The notes under the pieces were generated by a model that was given only the letters and a program-made list of their open reading frames with translations, had not been told where the DNA came from and did not search any database. From positions 1-60,448 of the forward strand of contig JAHQXB010000079.1 in assembly GCA_029856435.1 (NCBI GenBank): 60,448 bases of DNA, read 5' to 3'. How positions within the stretch are numbered: the stretch's first letter is position 1; every line of letters starts with the position of its first letter. The position numbers and the translations under genes were made by a program. Shown piece after piece: positions 10,454 through 20,268 of this stretch. The stretch comes from Candidatus Jordarchaeia archaeon (GTDB lineage: Archaea > Asgardarchaeota > Jordiarchaeia > Jordiarchaeales > Jordiarchaeaceae).

Positions 10454-11994
10454 AATGTATGAGTAAAGAAAGTCTTATTGCCATAGATGTGGGAACTGGC
10501 TCTGTAAGATGCGCAATCTTTGACACAAAGGGAAATATCATATCATTCGCTCAAGAGGCTTGGGACTATGAAAGTCCACCTGAAACCTTTGGCATCGGGA
10601 AGGAGTTTAACTGTGATCAGCTCTGGAAAAGAATCATTCGCCTCATAAAAGAGGCTATGAGGCGGGGCAAAATTGATAAACAAAACGTTTTGGGTTTGAG
10701 CTCCACAAGCCAGAGAGAGGGAGTAATTTTCTTAGATAAGGATGGAAGAGAACTCTATGGCGGACCAAACATAGATATCAGAGGCATACTTGTAGAGGAT
10801 AAAATCCAAAAACTGGTAAAACTGGAATTTCAAAAAATCACGGGACACTGGCCCCCCTCTATGTTTGCTCCTGCACGTATGCTCTGGTTTAGGGAAAACA
10901 AACCGAACGTGTACAAAAAGATTGCTCATATGCTTATGATTAACGACTGGGTTTTATATAAACTATCAGGGGTGTACTCCTCAGAACCCACTAATGCTAC
11001 AGAATCATTTTTATTCGACATAAGAAACAGGACATGGTCACAAGAAATAATTGAGGGCTTTCAGATACCTCCAGATATCTTACCGGACGTTTATCTGTCT
11101 GGTACAGTGGTGGGTGAAATAACTTCGGAGGTAAGTGCCTTAACGGAACTGAAGAGGGGGACCCCAGTGGTTACTGGTGGGGCGGACACCCAGTGCGCTT
11201 TGGTGGCGGCTGGAGCTTTAGATGAGGGGCAAATATGCACCATTGCGGGAACAACTACTCCAATCCAGATGACCATTTCCAAGCCCATAATTGACGCAGA
11301 GAGAAGAATCTGGACCTGTTGCCACATAGTTCCGAAAATGTGGATTATAGAAAGTAATAGTGGTATAATGGGCAGAGTCTTGGAATGGTTTAAAAATTGG
11401 GTATTAGACTTAGGAGTGGAAGAAGCTGTTAAAAATAAGTCTAAAATCTACGAGGAGTTTAACAAGTGGGCTTCTGAGGCGCCTCCAGGTGCTAATGGAG
11501 TAAGAGTGACTATGGGGCCCCAGATAATGGATTTCAGCAAAGAATTAAGTGTAGTACCAACAGTTATCTTTGCTCCTCCCCTTTTGCTGGTTAGTGATGC
11601 CTTGTCGCTGAAAAATATGATACGGGCAATTTTTGAAAACTTGGCTTTTGCAATAAGGGCGAATAGTGAGCAGATAACAGCTGTTTCAAAGATTAAATTT
11701 GACACCATGAGGATTACTGGAGGAGTTTCAAGAAACAAAACATTACTAAAAATTCTGGCAGACTGCCTTGGTGTACCAGTGATAACACCCACAGTTAAGG
11801 AAGGCAGCTCCTTGGGTTGCGCAATGTGTGTGGCGGTGGGCACAGGCGTTTATAAGGACTTTAATGAAGCAGTAAAGTCCATGATAGTTTGGGATGAAAC
11901 ATTTAACCCCGATGACGCTACCCATAATCAATACAAAAATTATTACTCTGAATGGAAAGCACTATACTCAAAAATGTTAAATTTACAAAAGTGA
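10450..11994 (+). CDS. FGGY-family carbohydrate kinase (LsrK/YoaC-like)
   Basis: IDVGTGSVRC, SQREG, GGADTQ and ITGGVS...LGCAM; overlaps the upstream gene by 4 bp. Confidence 0.85.
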   Translation: MKCMSKESLIAIDVGTGSVRCAIFDTKGNIISFAQEAWDYESPPETFGIGKEFNCDQLWKRIIRLIKEAMRRGKIDKQNVLGLSSTSQREGVIFLDKDGRELYGGPNIDIRGILVEDKIQKLVKLEFQKITGHWPPSMFAPARMLWFRENKPNVYKKIAHMLMINDWVLYKLSGVYSSEPTNATESFLFDIRNRTWSQEIIEGFQIPPDILPDVYLSGTVVGEITSEVSALTELKRGTPVVTGGADTQCALVAAGALDEGQICTIAGTTTPIQMTISKPIIDAERRIWTCCHIVPKMWIIESNSGIMGRVLEWFKNWVLDLGVEEAVKNKSKIYEEFNKWASEAPPGANGVRVTMGPQIMDFSKELSVVPTVIFAPPLLLVSDALSLKNMIRAIFENLAFAIRANSEQITAVSKIKFDTMRITGGVSRNKTLLKILADCLGVPVITPTVKEGSSLGCAMCVAVGTGVYKDFNEAVKSMIVWDETFNPDDATHNQYKNYYSEWKALYSKMLNLQK

Positions 11995-12006
11995 AACATT
12001 CCCCTA

Positions 12007-12672
12007 GTGGTGTTATCTATGAGTGACATAAAGCAGAAGTTAAGAGAAGAACTCGTTATGTATGGAAGACTCATGCCTGAAAGAAACCTAGTTGTGGGCA
12101 AATCAGGAAATCTCAGTGCACGAGTCCCCGGAGAAGACGCAGTTCTAATTACACCCAGTATGATAGAATACCAAGTATTAAAACCAGAGGATATACCCTT
12201 AGTAAATCTGGAGGGTGAAGTTTTAGAAGGTAAAACAGTACCTTCAACCGAAAAAGTTATGCATTTAGCAGTTTACAATGCGAGAAAGGACGTAGGCGCA
12301 GTCATCCACGCACACCCCATATATGGAACAATTCTAGGAGTTGTGGGCAAACCTCTACCTCCCCTAATAGACGAAATGGCCATTAGACTGGGGGGCCAAG
12401 TAGAAGTCGCCGAATACAAGCTGGCGGGAACCCCCGAACTGGCCCAAAGCGCAATAAAGGGACTCGGAAACAGGGCAGCGGTCTTCCTAGCAAACCATGG
12501 AACACTATGCTGCGGGAAAGACCTCAAAGAAGCGTTTCACGTAACAGAATTTTTAGAACGAATGTCGCAAATATACGTTATCAGCCTACTACTTGGAAAG
12601 CCCAGACCCCTACCCGAAGAGTCCATAAAATTCGAAACTGAATTATACAAAGTGTTACACAAAATAGAGTGA
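12007..12672 (+). CDS. Class II aldolase/adducin-family protein (FucA-like)
   Basis: SGNLS, PSTE..MH, IHAHP and LANHG zinc ligands. Confidence 0.88.
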   Translation: MVLSMSDIKQKLREELVMYGRLMPERNLVVGKSGNLSARVPGEDAVLITPSMIEYQVLKPEDIPLVNLEGEVLEGKTVPSTEKVMHLAVYNARKDVGAVIHAHPIYGTILGVVGKPLPPLIDEMAIRLGGQVEVAEYKLAGTPELAQSAIKGLGNRAAVFLANHGTLCCGKDLKEAFHVTEFLERMSQIYVISLLLGKPRPLPEESIKFETELYKVLHKIE

Positions 12673-12736
12673 AAAAACAGCTACGCTGACATATTAAAAA
12701 TAAACATTTTTATTTTATAATGGAAAGAATGTCACC

Positions 12737-14014
12737 TCAAGATAGAAAATTGAGGGCGATGAGAGAATAGATTTTTGACATTGTAACCATATCCTCTATG
12801 TCAACATACTCGTTTGCTGAGTGGCTACTCTCATTTCCGGGGCCCAAAATGACAGTAGGTATACCCCTCAAACTCCTTATGTACCGGGCGTCAGTTGCCC
12901 CTGAGCCAATAATAGTATTAACTTGCTGCGTTCCAGTAATTTCCGCAACACATTTTTTTACGAGAGAAACAAAGGGATGGTCAGGATTTTCATAAGAGGG
13001 CAAAGCCACATCTTTGTCTAAACCTATCCCTCGAATACCTGAATCAGCCACCATTTTCTGAATCTCAGAGAAAACCTCTTCGGGATCTTGGCCTGGAAGT
13101 AGCCTGATATCCACCTTGGCCTCAGCATAATCTGGAACCACGTTGGTCTTCACACCACCCTTAATTACCCCAATGTTAACAGTCATTTTACTAAAAAGTG
13201 TTCTATAATTTTCGGCGGGAATACCAGAAGTTTTAGCAATTTTTTCATAGTAGGGAACACTCTGCTCTATTATTTTTTGAACCACGAGTGGTGTCTGGAC
13301 TTTTTTATTTTCCAATTTCTTAATCATCAGCAGCAAATTAATGAGCTTCTCAATGGCGTTTTCTCCCAAGAAGGGCACACTGGCATGGGAGGTTTTTCCC
13401 AGTGCTGAAACATACAGGTCGAGTATTCCTTTCTCAGCAACACGCACCGCAATACCCCAAACTCTGGAAGAAGTGCCTTCACCCACAATACATGCGTCAC
13501 CAGCACTTATACCCTTCTCTACCAGATATTTTGTCCCATGATATCCACCAGTCTCTTCGTCAGGAACAAAATCTAACTGAATTCCTCCCCTAATACGTGC
13601 ATCAATCTCAGAAAGGTGAGACGCTACAACCATGGCGACTGCCAAACCTGCCTTCATATCAGAAGCGCCCCTACCAAAAATCTTTCCATCATGCACCACC
13701 CCCACATAGGGATCAGTAGACCAGAGTTCTCTTCTACCCGCAGGAACCACATCCATGTGTCCATTCCACAAGAGCCTTCTCCCCTCTCCTCCATCAAGTC
13801 TGGCAGAAACACTAACCTTCCCCTTTTCAGGTTCATAAGTATTAACCTTGAAGCCCCTCTCTTTAAAATAATCTCGAATAAAGTAAGCTATGTCCGCAAC
13901 GTTCGCTGGAGGATTCTCGCTTTTAAAACCTATCAATTCGCAACACAGTTTCACCATTTCATCCCGCTTATTTTCTAACCCTTTAAGAACCTTCTCAAAA
14001 TTCAAAGCAACCAC
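12737..14014 (-). CDS. M20 family ArgE/DapE-like amidohydrolase
   Basis: NGHMDVVP, GRGASDMKAG, DEETGG and HSANE. Confidence 0.9.
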   Translation of the reverse strand: MVALNFEKVLKGLENKRDEMVKLCCELIGFKSENPPANVADIAYFIRDYFKERGFKVNTYEPEKGKVSVSARLDGGEGRRLLWNGHMDVVPAGRRELWSTDPYVGVVHDGKIFGRGASDMKAGLAVAMVVASHLSEIDARIRGGIQLDFVPDEETGGYHGTKYLVEKGISAGDACIVGEGTSSRVWGIAVRVAEKGILDLYVSALGKTSHASVPFLGENAIEKLINLLLMIKKLENKKVQTPLVVQKIIEQSVPYYEKIAKTSGIPAENYRTLFSKMTVNIGVIKGGVKTNVVPDYAEAKVDIRLLPGQDPEEVFSEIQKMVADSGIRGIGLDKDVALPSYENPDHPFVSLVKKCVAEITGTQQVNTIIGSGATDARYIRSLRGIPTVILGPGNESSHSANEYVDIEDMVTMSKIYSLIALNFLS

Positions 14015-14291
14015 CGATTATAGACACAATCTCGTAATCTAGCAAAAAACAATCACTAATAAAAGTGACTGTCAATATCCAACCCAAAGATTAAAAATAC
14101 GTCCCACCAACCGGAAAATTGTTTACCCTAAAAACTAGTTTTAGATGCCACAAGAAAAGAATAGTTTAATTTGAATATTTAAGAAAAGTTTGTCATATAA
14201 ATAGATAAAAAGGTAGTACCTCAGAAAAAGCGATTGCAAAACGGGGAAATCTAAAAAGCTAGCTTTGAAAGAGGGGTTCGTACATTCTTAT

Positions 14292-15071
14292 TTACAAAAT
14301 TATTTCTATACCGTCGAATGCAACATGGAATTCACCTTTATTTCTAATAAATTCGCACAAGTCGTCGTGGGGTAGTGTCCTATGCCCGATGTGTGTGAAA
14401 ACTGTTTTTTTCACCTTGCAACTAGTTGCGAATCTCATCCCATCTATGATACTTATGTGCCCCCATCTACTTGTTCCTATTGGTAGGGGATGTTTAAGCG
14501 TTGAACCGTCTAAAAACAGGCAGTCTAATTCCTCAAAATATTTTTTATCATCCTCCCTGACTAGACTTCGAAAGTCTGGAAAGTAACCTAAAACTTTTTG
14601 GTCCTTAATGACGAATCCCACGGTTGAAGCATTTTTTGAGTGAACCACGGGCACCGGAGTAAACTTCAATCCACCCAAATCAAATGACTTGTAACTTTCG
14701 AAAAACTCTTTTTTATAACCCGCGTTTGGAAAAATTTTCTTAAGGGTTATCCAAGTTTCTTCCAATCCATAAACAGGAACTCCCCTCATAGCCTTAAACT
14801 TTTTGGGAATGAGATCGTGTAAGCCTAATATGTGATCCGGATGGCTGTGAGTTAGCAAAATAGCAGTTATCTTTGAAATATTAAACCTAATAAGCTGGTG
14901 GTAAATATCGGGTCCCGCATCAACAAGTATGGAATCATTAATAATAATAACCGATCTCATTCTTTTGTCCTTCTCATTTATAGATGAACAGATTTTACAA
15001 CTACATCCGAGTCGAGGAAGAGCCCAGCCAGAACTAGACCCCAACACTTTAATCTTCATTTGACCCTTCAC
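14292..15071 (-). CDS. PhnP-like metallo-beta-lactamase-fold phosphodiesterase
   Basis: LGSSSG..P..GCSCxxC, THSHPDH and HIGH motifs. Confidence 0.85.
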   Translation of the reverse strand: MKGQMKIKVLGSSSGWALPRLGCSCKICSSINEKDKRMRSVIIINDSILVDAGPDIYHQLIRFNISKITAILLTHSHPDHILGLHDLIPKKFKAMRGVPVYGLEETWITLKKIFPNAGYKKEFFESYKSFDLGGLKFTPVPVVHSKNASTVGFVIKDQKVLGYFPDFRSLVREDDKKYFEELDCLFLDGSTLKHPLPIGTSRWGHISIIDGMRFATSCKVKKTVFTHIGHRTLPHDDLCEFIRNKGEFHVAFDGIEIIL

Positions 15072-15232
15072 GACCTTAAATTGTTTGGCTTAAACCAAGA
15101 GAAGTAACCCATAAACTTCCCAATTTATTGAAACAGATACATAAAGCCTCTATCTTAAAATACGTTGTATGTATTATAATTCTTTTATCCATAAATTGGA
15201 AAATAGAAGATGTTGCTGGTTCAGGTGATTTT

Positions 15233-16360
15233 ATGGTTAAAGATGTTAGAAGATTCGTTAAGCCCCACCTAATAGGAATTAAATCCAACTATGAGATTTT
15301 AACCGGCATTTTGGGAGCAAAAATAGTTAGCGACGCCATATGTAGTGAAGAGGTGATAAGAATGTTTAATAATGAGAGCCCCTACCCGCCTTCTCCCAAA
15401 GTTTTTGATGTTGTAGAAAACCGCTTGGCATCAATAAGCAGATACCCCGACCCTACTTGCTACTACTTGAATGAGAAGATAGCGGAATACGTTGGTCTCA
15501 AGCCGGAAAACGTCATCGTGGGAAGAGGGTCGCTGGGAGTCATAGAATTAATTTATAATGTTTTTGTAGAATTCAACGATGAGGTTATAATACCTATTCC
15601 CTCTTTTGAACAATTTGAATTCTTATCAAATGCTGTTGGTGGAAAGCCCGTTTTTATACAACTTGAGAAACCAGATTTTATTCTAAAATCAGAAATGGTA
15701 TCAGAGCGGGTCACTAAAAAAACCAAGCTCATAATTATTATAAATCCCAACAACCCCATAGGTAACTACACACCCATAGAAACTGTCAAAGAAATCTTGG
15801 AAGAAGAAGCCATTGTTGTAGTAGACGAAGCATATTACGAATACTGTAAAAAGACCGTAGCACCATTAATTTTAGAATATGAGAATCTAATTGTTACCAG
15901 AACCTTCTCTAAAGCCTTCAGCCTTGCAGGCCTAAGAATAGGATACGGCCTTGCGAATCCTGAACTAATAATGCAGCTACGCAAACTTGACACCGTCTTC
16001 CCCATGAGCACAATTGCCATCCAAGCCGCCATAGCCGCTCTCGAAGACATAGATTATGCTGAAAAAAACGTTTCAGAAACCATAAAAGAAAGAGAATACA
16101 TCAGAGAGGAAATAACAAAAATCGAAGGACTGAGACCCTACTCCTCAGAAACTAACTTCATACTAGTAGAAATCACCAAAGAGAATCTTGATGCAGGAAA
16201 ATTAACAGCGAAACTCTTAGAAAACAAGATTCTAATAAAAAACTGTGCAGACCAAAGAGGTCTAAACAACAAATTTTTCCGGGTATCAACATCAACACCA
16301 GAAAACAATAGATTATTCATAAAAGCTCTAACAAATATAATGAACGCACAAAATTTCTAA
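15233..16360 (+). CDS. PLP-dependent class I/II aminotransferase (HisC/CobD-like)
   Basis: NNESPY, RYPD, NPNNPIG, DEAY and RTFSKAFSLAGLRIGY. Start moved to ATG 15233, which follows an AGGTGA RBS. Confidence 0.85.
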   Translation: MVKDVRRFVKPHLIGIKSNYEILTGILGAKIVSDAICSEEVIRMFNNESPYPPSPKVFDVVENRLASISRYPDPTCYYLNEKIAEYVGLKPENVIVGRGSLGVIELIYNVFVEFNDEVIIPIPSFEQFEFLSNAVGGKPVFIQLEKPDFILKSEMVSERVTKKTKLIIIINPNNPIGNYTPIETVKEILEEEAIVVVDEAYYEYCKKTVAPLILEYENLIVTRTFSKAFSLAGLRIGYGLANPELIMQLRKLDTVFPMSTIAIQAAIAALEDIDYAEKNVSETIKEREYIREEITKIEGLRPYSSETNFILVEITKENLDAGKLTAKLLENKILIKNCADQRGLNNKFFRVSTSTPENNRLFIKALTNIMNAQNF

Positions 16361-16384
16361 AAATCAAAAGCATCAGCCACCTAA

Positions 16385-16563
16385 CCATATGTTTAGGCAG
16401 CACTCCTATTTGTAGGGATCTGTTTTTGTGGCTGGCTTGAGAGAAACCATCTCTCCATCTTTTTAACACCTTTGTGTAGAAAAATGGAGGGAGGGATGTG
16501 GAGGCAGGCTAAGGCAAGGTCACCACAAAAATTCAGCCTCAGGAGTGTTGTTTAAACATATGG
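16385..16563 (+). mobile_element. MITE-like rod hairpin, family B (179 bp)
   Basis: 23-bp TIRs (16385-16407 and 16541-16563) with three mismatches, all G-T; flanked by CACCTAA and CGCCTAA (7-bp TSD, one mismatch); nested internal stems. Confidence 0.7.
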
Positions 16564-16652
16564 CGCCTAACCCTTCTTTGCAAGACCTACTCCTAATAAA
16601 AAAGGAAAGGTAAGAATGATTTAAAAGGGTACACGTTTTCCTGAACAAATCA

Positions 16653-17090
16653 TTAGTTCACACTAACACTTTTTTCGGATTCCTTCTTTAGAACAACTCT
16701 TAGCACTCCATTCTTATAAACAGCCTTTGCATCTTCGCCTTTTACTCTTGCGGGTAGGCTGATTTTTGCTTTGAATGTTTTCTTCTCTGTTCCTCTCAGT
16801 TTTATTTCCTCTTCGTTGTGATCCCGTTCCGCGCTAACTTCCAAGTAATAGTCGCCTACCCTTAAATCAATGTCGTCTTTCTCAAAGCCAGGGATGTCAA
16901 TCTCCACTATAACGCGGTCTTGGTCTTCGGCAATATAAGTTGACTCCAAAACTCTCATTTTCTCAAACAATTCTGGGAATTTCTGAGACATCATTTTTCC
17001 AATGTTTCTCATATGGTGTCCGAACCTGTGATCCCAAGGAAGGAAAAATTCCGGCCTGTACCATTTACCGCAATCCATAACCTTTTTCAC
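16653..17090 (-). CDS. Small heat-shock protein Hsp20
   Basis: Alpha-crystallin core DIPGFEKDDI...A.YKNGVLRV.L.K. Confidence 0.9.
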   Translation of the reverse strand: MKKVMDCGKWYRPEFFLPWDHRFGHHMRNIGKMMSQKFPELFEKMRVLESTYIAEDQDRVIVEIDIPGFEKDDIDLRVGDYYLEVSAERDHNEEEIKLRGTEKKTFKAKISLPARVKGEDAKAVYKNGVLRVVLKKESEKSVSVN

Positions 17091-17093
17091 CTC

Positions 17094-17714
17094 CTATTCA
17101 ACTTTTATCCTCTTCGGTAATTCATGGGAGGACTTCTGTTGTTCCAGCCTCTTAATAGTGGCATCAATAGATTTCAATTCTGATTCCAACTGAGCCTTTA
17201 ACGCCCTCAAAATTTTCAAAGTCTCCTCAGGAGACAGAAAAGATGTTGCGTAGTCTTTTGCAAGCTTAGTCAATTGCTCAATCCTGTCAGCCATGAAGTG
17301 AGTTCTTTTTAGAGCGTACTTCTCGAAACTGGAACAAAGATGATCATCAACAAAGCCCACAAAATTCTGGAAGAAGTCAATTTCCCTATCAAACTTCTCC
17401 ACAATTTCTTTCAAGGCCTCTTCACCGGAGGGAGTTATCTCATACCTTTTTCTGCTAGGACCTCTATCGCTCTCCTCTTTAGTTCCTTGAATTAGTCCTT
17501 TTTCCTCAAGTCGAGACAATGCGGGATATATTACGCCAGCTTTAATCTCCCAAAAACCCTTAAACTTCTCACTGAGTCTGTTTATAATCTCGTAACCATA
17601 ACAAGGTCTCTCCTTAATCATCACTAATATGAGAAACTCCATGGGGCTTATTTTCTGAAGTCTATCCCAAACATTTCTACCGAAGCCACGTCCTTGCCAT
17701 ATCATATCCATCAC
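17094..17714 (-). CDS. PadR-family transcriptional regulator
   Basis: ILVMIKERPCYGYEI, IYPALSRLE..GLI and RKRYEITPSG; 3 bp upstream of hsp20. Confidence 0.9.
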   Translation of the reverse strand: MMDMIWQGRGFGRNVWDRLQKISPMEFLILVMIKERPCYGYEIINRLSEKFKGFWEIKAGVIYPALSRLEEKGLIQGTKEESDRGPSRKRYEITPSGEEALKEIVEKFDREIDFFQNFVGFVDDHLCSSFEKYALKRTHFMADRIEQLTKLAKDYATSFLSPEETLKILRALKAQLESELKSIDATIKRLEQQKSSHELPKRIKVE

Positions 17715-17719
17715 ACTGT

Positions 17720-17792
17720 TTATTGTTAACTCTACATATTATTAACTAATTATTGTTAGCTCTATATACTAAAGATAAATATAAACCTTTCG
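17720..17792 (-). promoter_or_regulatory. padR-hsp20 promoter with two 19-bp direct repeats (candidate operator)
   Basis: Minus-strand CGAAAGG-TTTATA (BRE+TATA, 17780-17792). Repeats TTATTGTTAACTCTACATA (17720-17738) and TTATTGTTAGCTCTATATA (17750-17768) match at 17/19 with a 30-bp period. Confidence 0.55.
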
Positions 17793-17917
17793 GCAAAAAG
17801 GGGTGATGTAGAATTGTTTGGTTTCGCCTCAAAAAGGGGGTGTTTATAGGGTTTCTTTCACGATTTGGAGCCTTATTAGGGAGATGGAGCCGAATAAATC
17901 TGCATCACCAAAAAGGG

Positions 17918-18097
17918 GGCGTAATTAATTTGGTGTTGCCTGCTGCGTATCATTTGTTTTTCGGCTTTCATCACCCATAAGGCGCCCTTTTCTACGTTTT
18001 TACCCTGCAGAATAACTCCTAATGGGCTTAATATGGATGGGGACGCAGGACACGGCCCAAATGTAAACCCAAAAGGTGACACTCAGTTAACTGTGCC
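17918..18097 (-). mobile_element. MITE-like element, family A, copy 2 (180 bp)
   Basis: Reverse-complement homolog of 1978-2156 with ~30-bp imperfect TIRs; flanks AAAAAGGG (17910-17917) and AAAAAGGA (18098-18105) look like a 7-8 bp TSD. Confidence 0.75.
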
Positions 18098-18325
18098 AAA
18101 AAGGAATTTAAAAAGGGTTCTAGGAACAAAGAAACTCATTACATATAGGCGGAGGAAAAGGAAAGTTCTATCCTCATAAAAACCATTACAAAAACACTCA
18201 TTCAAAGATAATCTTAGTTTCCTTTCAAGTAATCGCTAATTTAAATGTCCCCCGCAACCACCTGTATTAAAAATATAAAAGGGAAAACAGAGAATTATTT
18301 AGCGTGGAGGGAAGTTAAAGGATTT

Positions 18326-19489
18326 TTAGAGTTCTATTCCATGTGTTGGAAAAATTCTCTCTTTTACCTCCCTTACCACTTGCTTTACCTCTTCAAAAAT
18401 TTTCTTTTTCATTCTTTCATCTATCATTACTTCTAGATCTCCCATGCTAATTGGTGCATGAGCATTTAACCCAATTTTTCGCGAAATATTTTCATAGAGT
18501 TCTCTCCAAGGTTCAGGAGTTTCTTTGGGAATAGGTAAGTTGAGTATTTCACAAAGCATAGAAGCCCAAGCCCTTGCCACTACATCCATTTGGTAGCCGC
18601 CACCACCGAACATTAGATATTTTCCATCACATATTTCGTGAGCTAGTTTGTGCATTTTTCCAAACACTTTTACATAGGTGTTAATTGTAATAGCCTCCGA
18701 GGTTAGAGGGTCAGTATAGTGAGTGTCTACCCCTGACTGTTGCAAAAGTATTTCTGGTTGGTAAGCTCTAACCAAGGGAGGTACTATTTCGTTGAATGCA
18801 TAGATATAAGCCTCATCAAATGTGTGTGGAGGAAGGGGTATATTTACGCAGTAGCCCTTTCCCTCTCCCTCCCCTGTCTCAAATACGAAACCAGATCCCG
18901 GGAAAAGATATGTTCCATCCTCATGCAGGGACACAGTTAAGACGCTTGGCTCAGAGTAGAAGGCATCCTGTGTTCCATCGGCATGATGACAGTCGAAATC
19001 TACAATCATTATTCTTTTTAGGTGATATTTTCTCTGAATGTAACGAATAGTGCAAGCAATATCGTTGAATACACAGAAACCAGACCCTCTACTTCTTGTA
19101 GCGTGATGAAGTCCTCCGCCGATATTAAAGGCGTGTTGAACTTTACCTGTGTTTATTAGGTCAGCGGCCTTCAGCGACCCGCCAACGATGTTTCTGGTGA
19201 CCTCGAACATTCCAGGGAAAGCCGGGGTATCGCCATAATCCAGATAACCTTCTCCTGTTTTGCTAAAGTATTTTACCATTTCGATGTACTCAGGGCTGTG
19301 AGCAAGCTCTAATTCTTCCTCCTTACAAAATTGTGGCTCAACTAACGTTACATTGGGGTCGTTGAGAATACCTATGCTTTCCATTAGCTTAAGAGCTAGC
19401 CACAATCTTTGGGGACGTAAAGGGTGATCGGGGCCAAAATAGTATTTTAGGTAGTCGTCAGAGTAAATTATTGCAAGTTTGCCAGTCAT
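18326..19489 (-). CDS. AcuC/histone deacetylase-family Zn-dependent deacylase
   Basis: HPLRPQR, GGGLHHA, GFCVFND, DFDCHHADGTQ and GGGGY. Start moved to MTGKL (19489) after a GGAGG RBS. Confidence 0.92.
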   Translation of the reverse strand: MTGKLAIIYSDDYLKYYFGPDHPLRPQRLWLALKLMESIGILNDPNVTLVEPQFCKEEELELAHSPEYIEMVKYFSKTGEGYLDYGDTPAFPGMFEVTRNIVGGSLKAADLINTGKVQHAFNIGGGLHHATRSRGSGFCVFNDIACTIRYIQRKYHLKRIMIVDFDCHHADGTQDAFYSEPSVLTVSLHEDGTYLFPGSGFVFETGEGEGKGYCVNIPLPPHTFDEAYIYAFNEIVPPLVRAYQPEILLQQSGVDTHYTDPLTSEAITINTYVKVFGKMHKLAHEICDGKYLMFGGGGYQMDVVARAWASMLCEILNLPIPKETPEPWRELYENISRKIGLNAHAPISMGDLEVMIDERMKKKIFEEVKQVVREVKERIFPTHGIEL

Positions 19490-19544
19490 TAAAAGCCTCC
19501 ATATCAAACTGCTTAGGTGGAGTAGGAGTGAAGGGAGATTTATG

Positions 19545-19976
19545 TTAACGCACAATGAATACTGGTCTTTTACTCCAGCGCACAATTCTTATGGCGTGGC
19601 TTCCCACAGCTACCCTTTGAACCCCTGTGCTCCCCCTTGTGCCAACAACTATTAAGTCTGCGCCATCTCTCTCAGCTTGATCTACCACTAATTCCGCTGG
19701 ATCTCCCTCTAAGACATACTTAGTGACTTTTAATCCTTTAACCTTAGCCTTCTTCTCCGCCTCATCCACAAATTGGTTTGCCTTTATCTTCATCTTTTCC
19801 CTAATTTCCCCTACACTATCTTTAGCATAGGGTTCTAGACGTTCTAACTGGGACTGCTCCACGACACTTAAAACAACAAGTTCGGACTTGAAAGCCTCCG
19901 CAAGTCCAATAGCGTAATTTACAGCCTTTTCTGCATACTTGGATCCATCTGTAGCCACCAAAATTTTCTTAAACAT
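19545..19976 (-). CDS. Universal stress protein (UspA family)
   Basis: MFKKILVATDGS...DLIVVGTRG..G...VGS. Confidence 0.93.
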   Translation of the reverse strand: MFKKILVATDGSKYAEKAVNYAIGLAEAFKSELVVLSVVEQSQLERLEPYAKDSVGEIREKMKIKANQFVDEAEKKAKVKGLKVTKYVLEGDPAELVVDQAERDGADLIVVGTRGSTGVQRVAVGSHAIRIVRWSKRPVFIVR

Positions 19977-20268
19977 AGATAAGTACCAGCATGAAACCAT
20001 TTTTATTTACCTATATTAGCTAATTTGGCTTAAAAAGGTTAATAATTTGGAATTGTCTGCCCAATTGGAAGGGCTTTATTCCCTTAGCGCCTTTTTGGCG
20101 ATATTTTTTCAATTTTCTTTATTAGATTTTTAATAAAATGTTAAAAAGTAATAGTTTAAAATTTATCAAACTATAATATATACAAGGTAAAAAAATTGTG
20201 CAACTAAGAGTCTCTAAGGCAATGTTTAAATTTTAAAATCATTTCGTTTTCCTAGACTCTTCCGGGAG

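Noticed and set aside
16385-16563. SRP RNA, RNase P RNA or tRNA
   Set aside because: Too short, lacks the SRP helix-8 and RNase P consensus motifs, has no cloverleaf, and is flanked by a TSD-like repeat.
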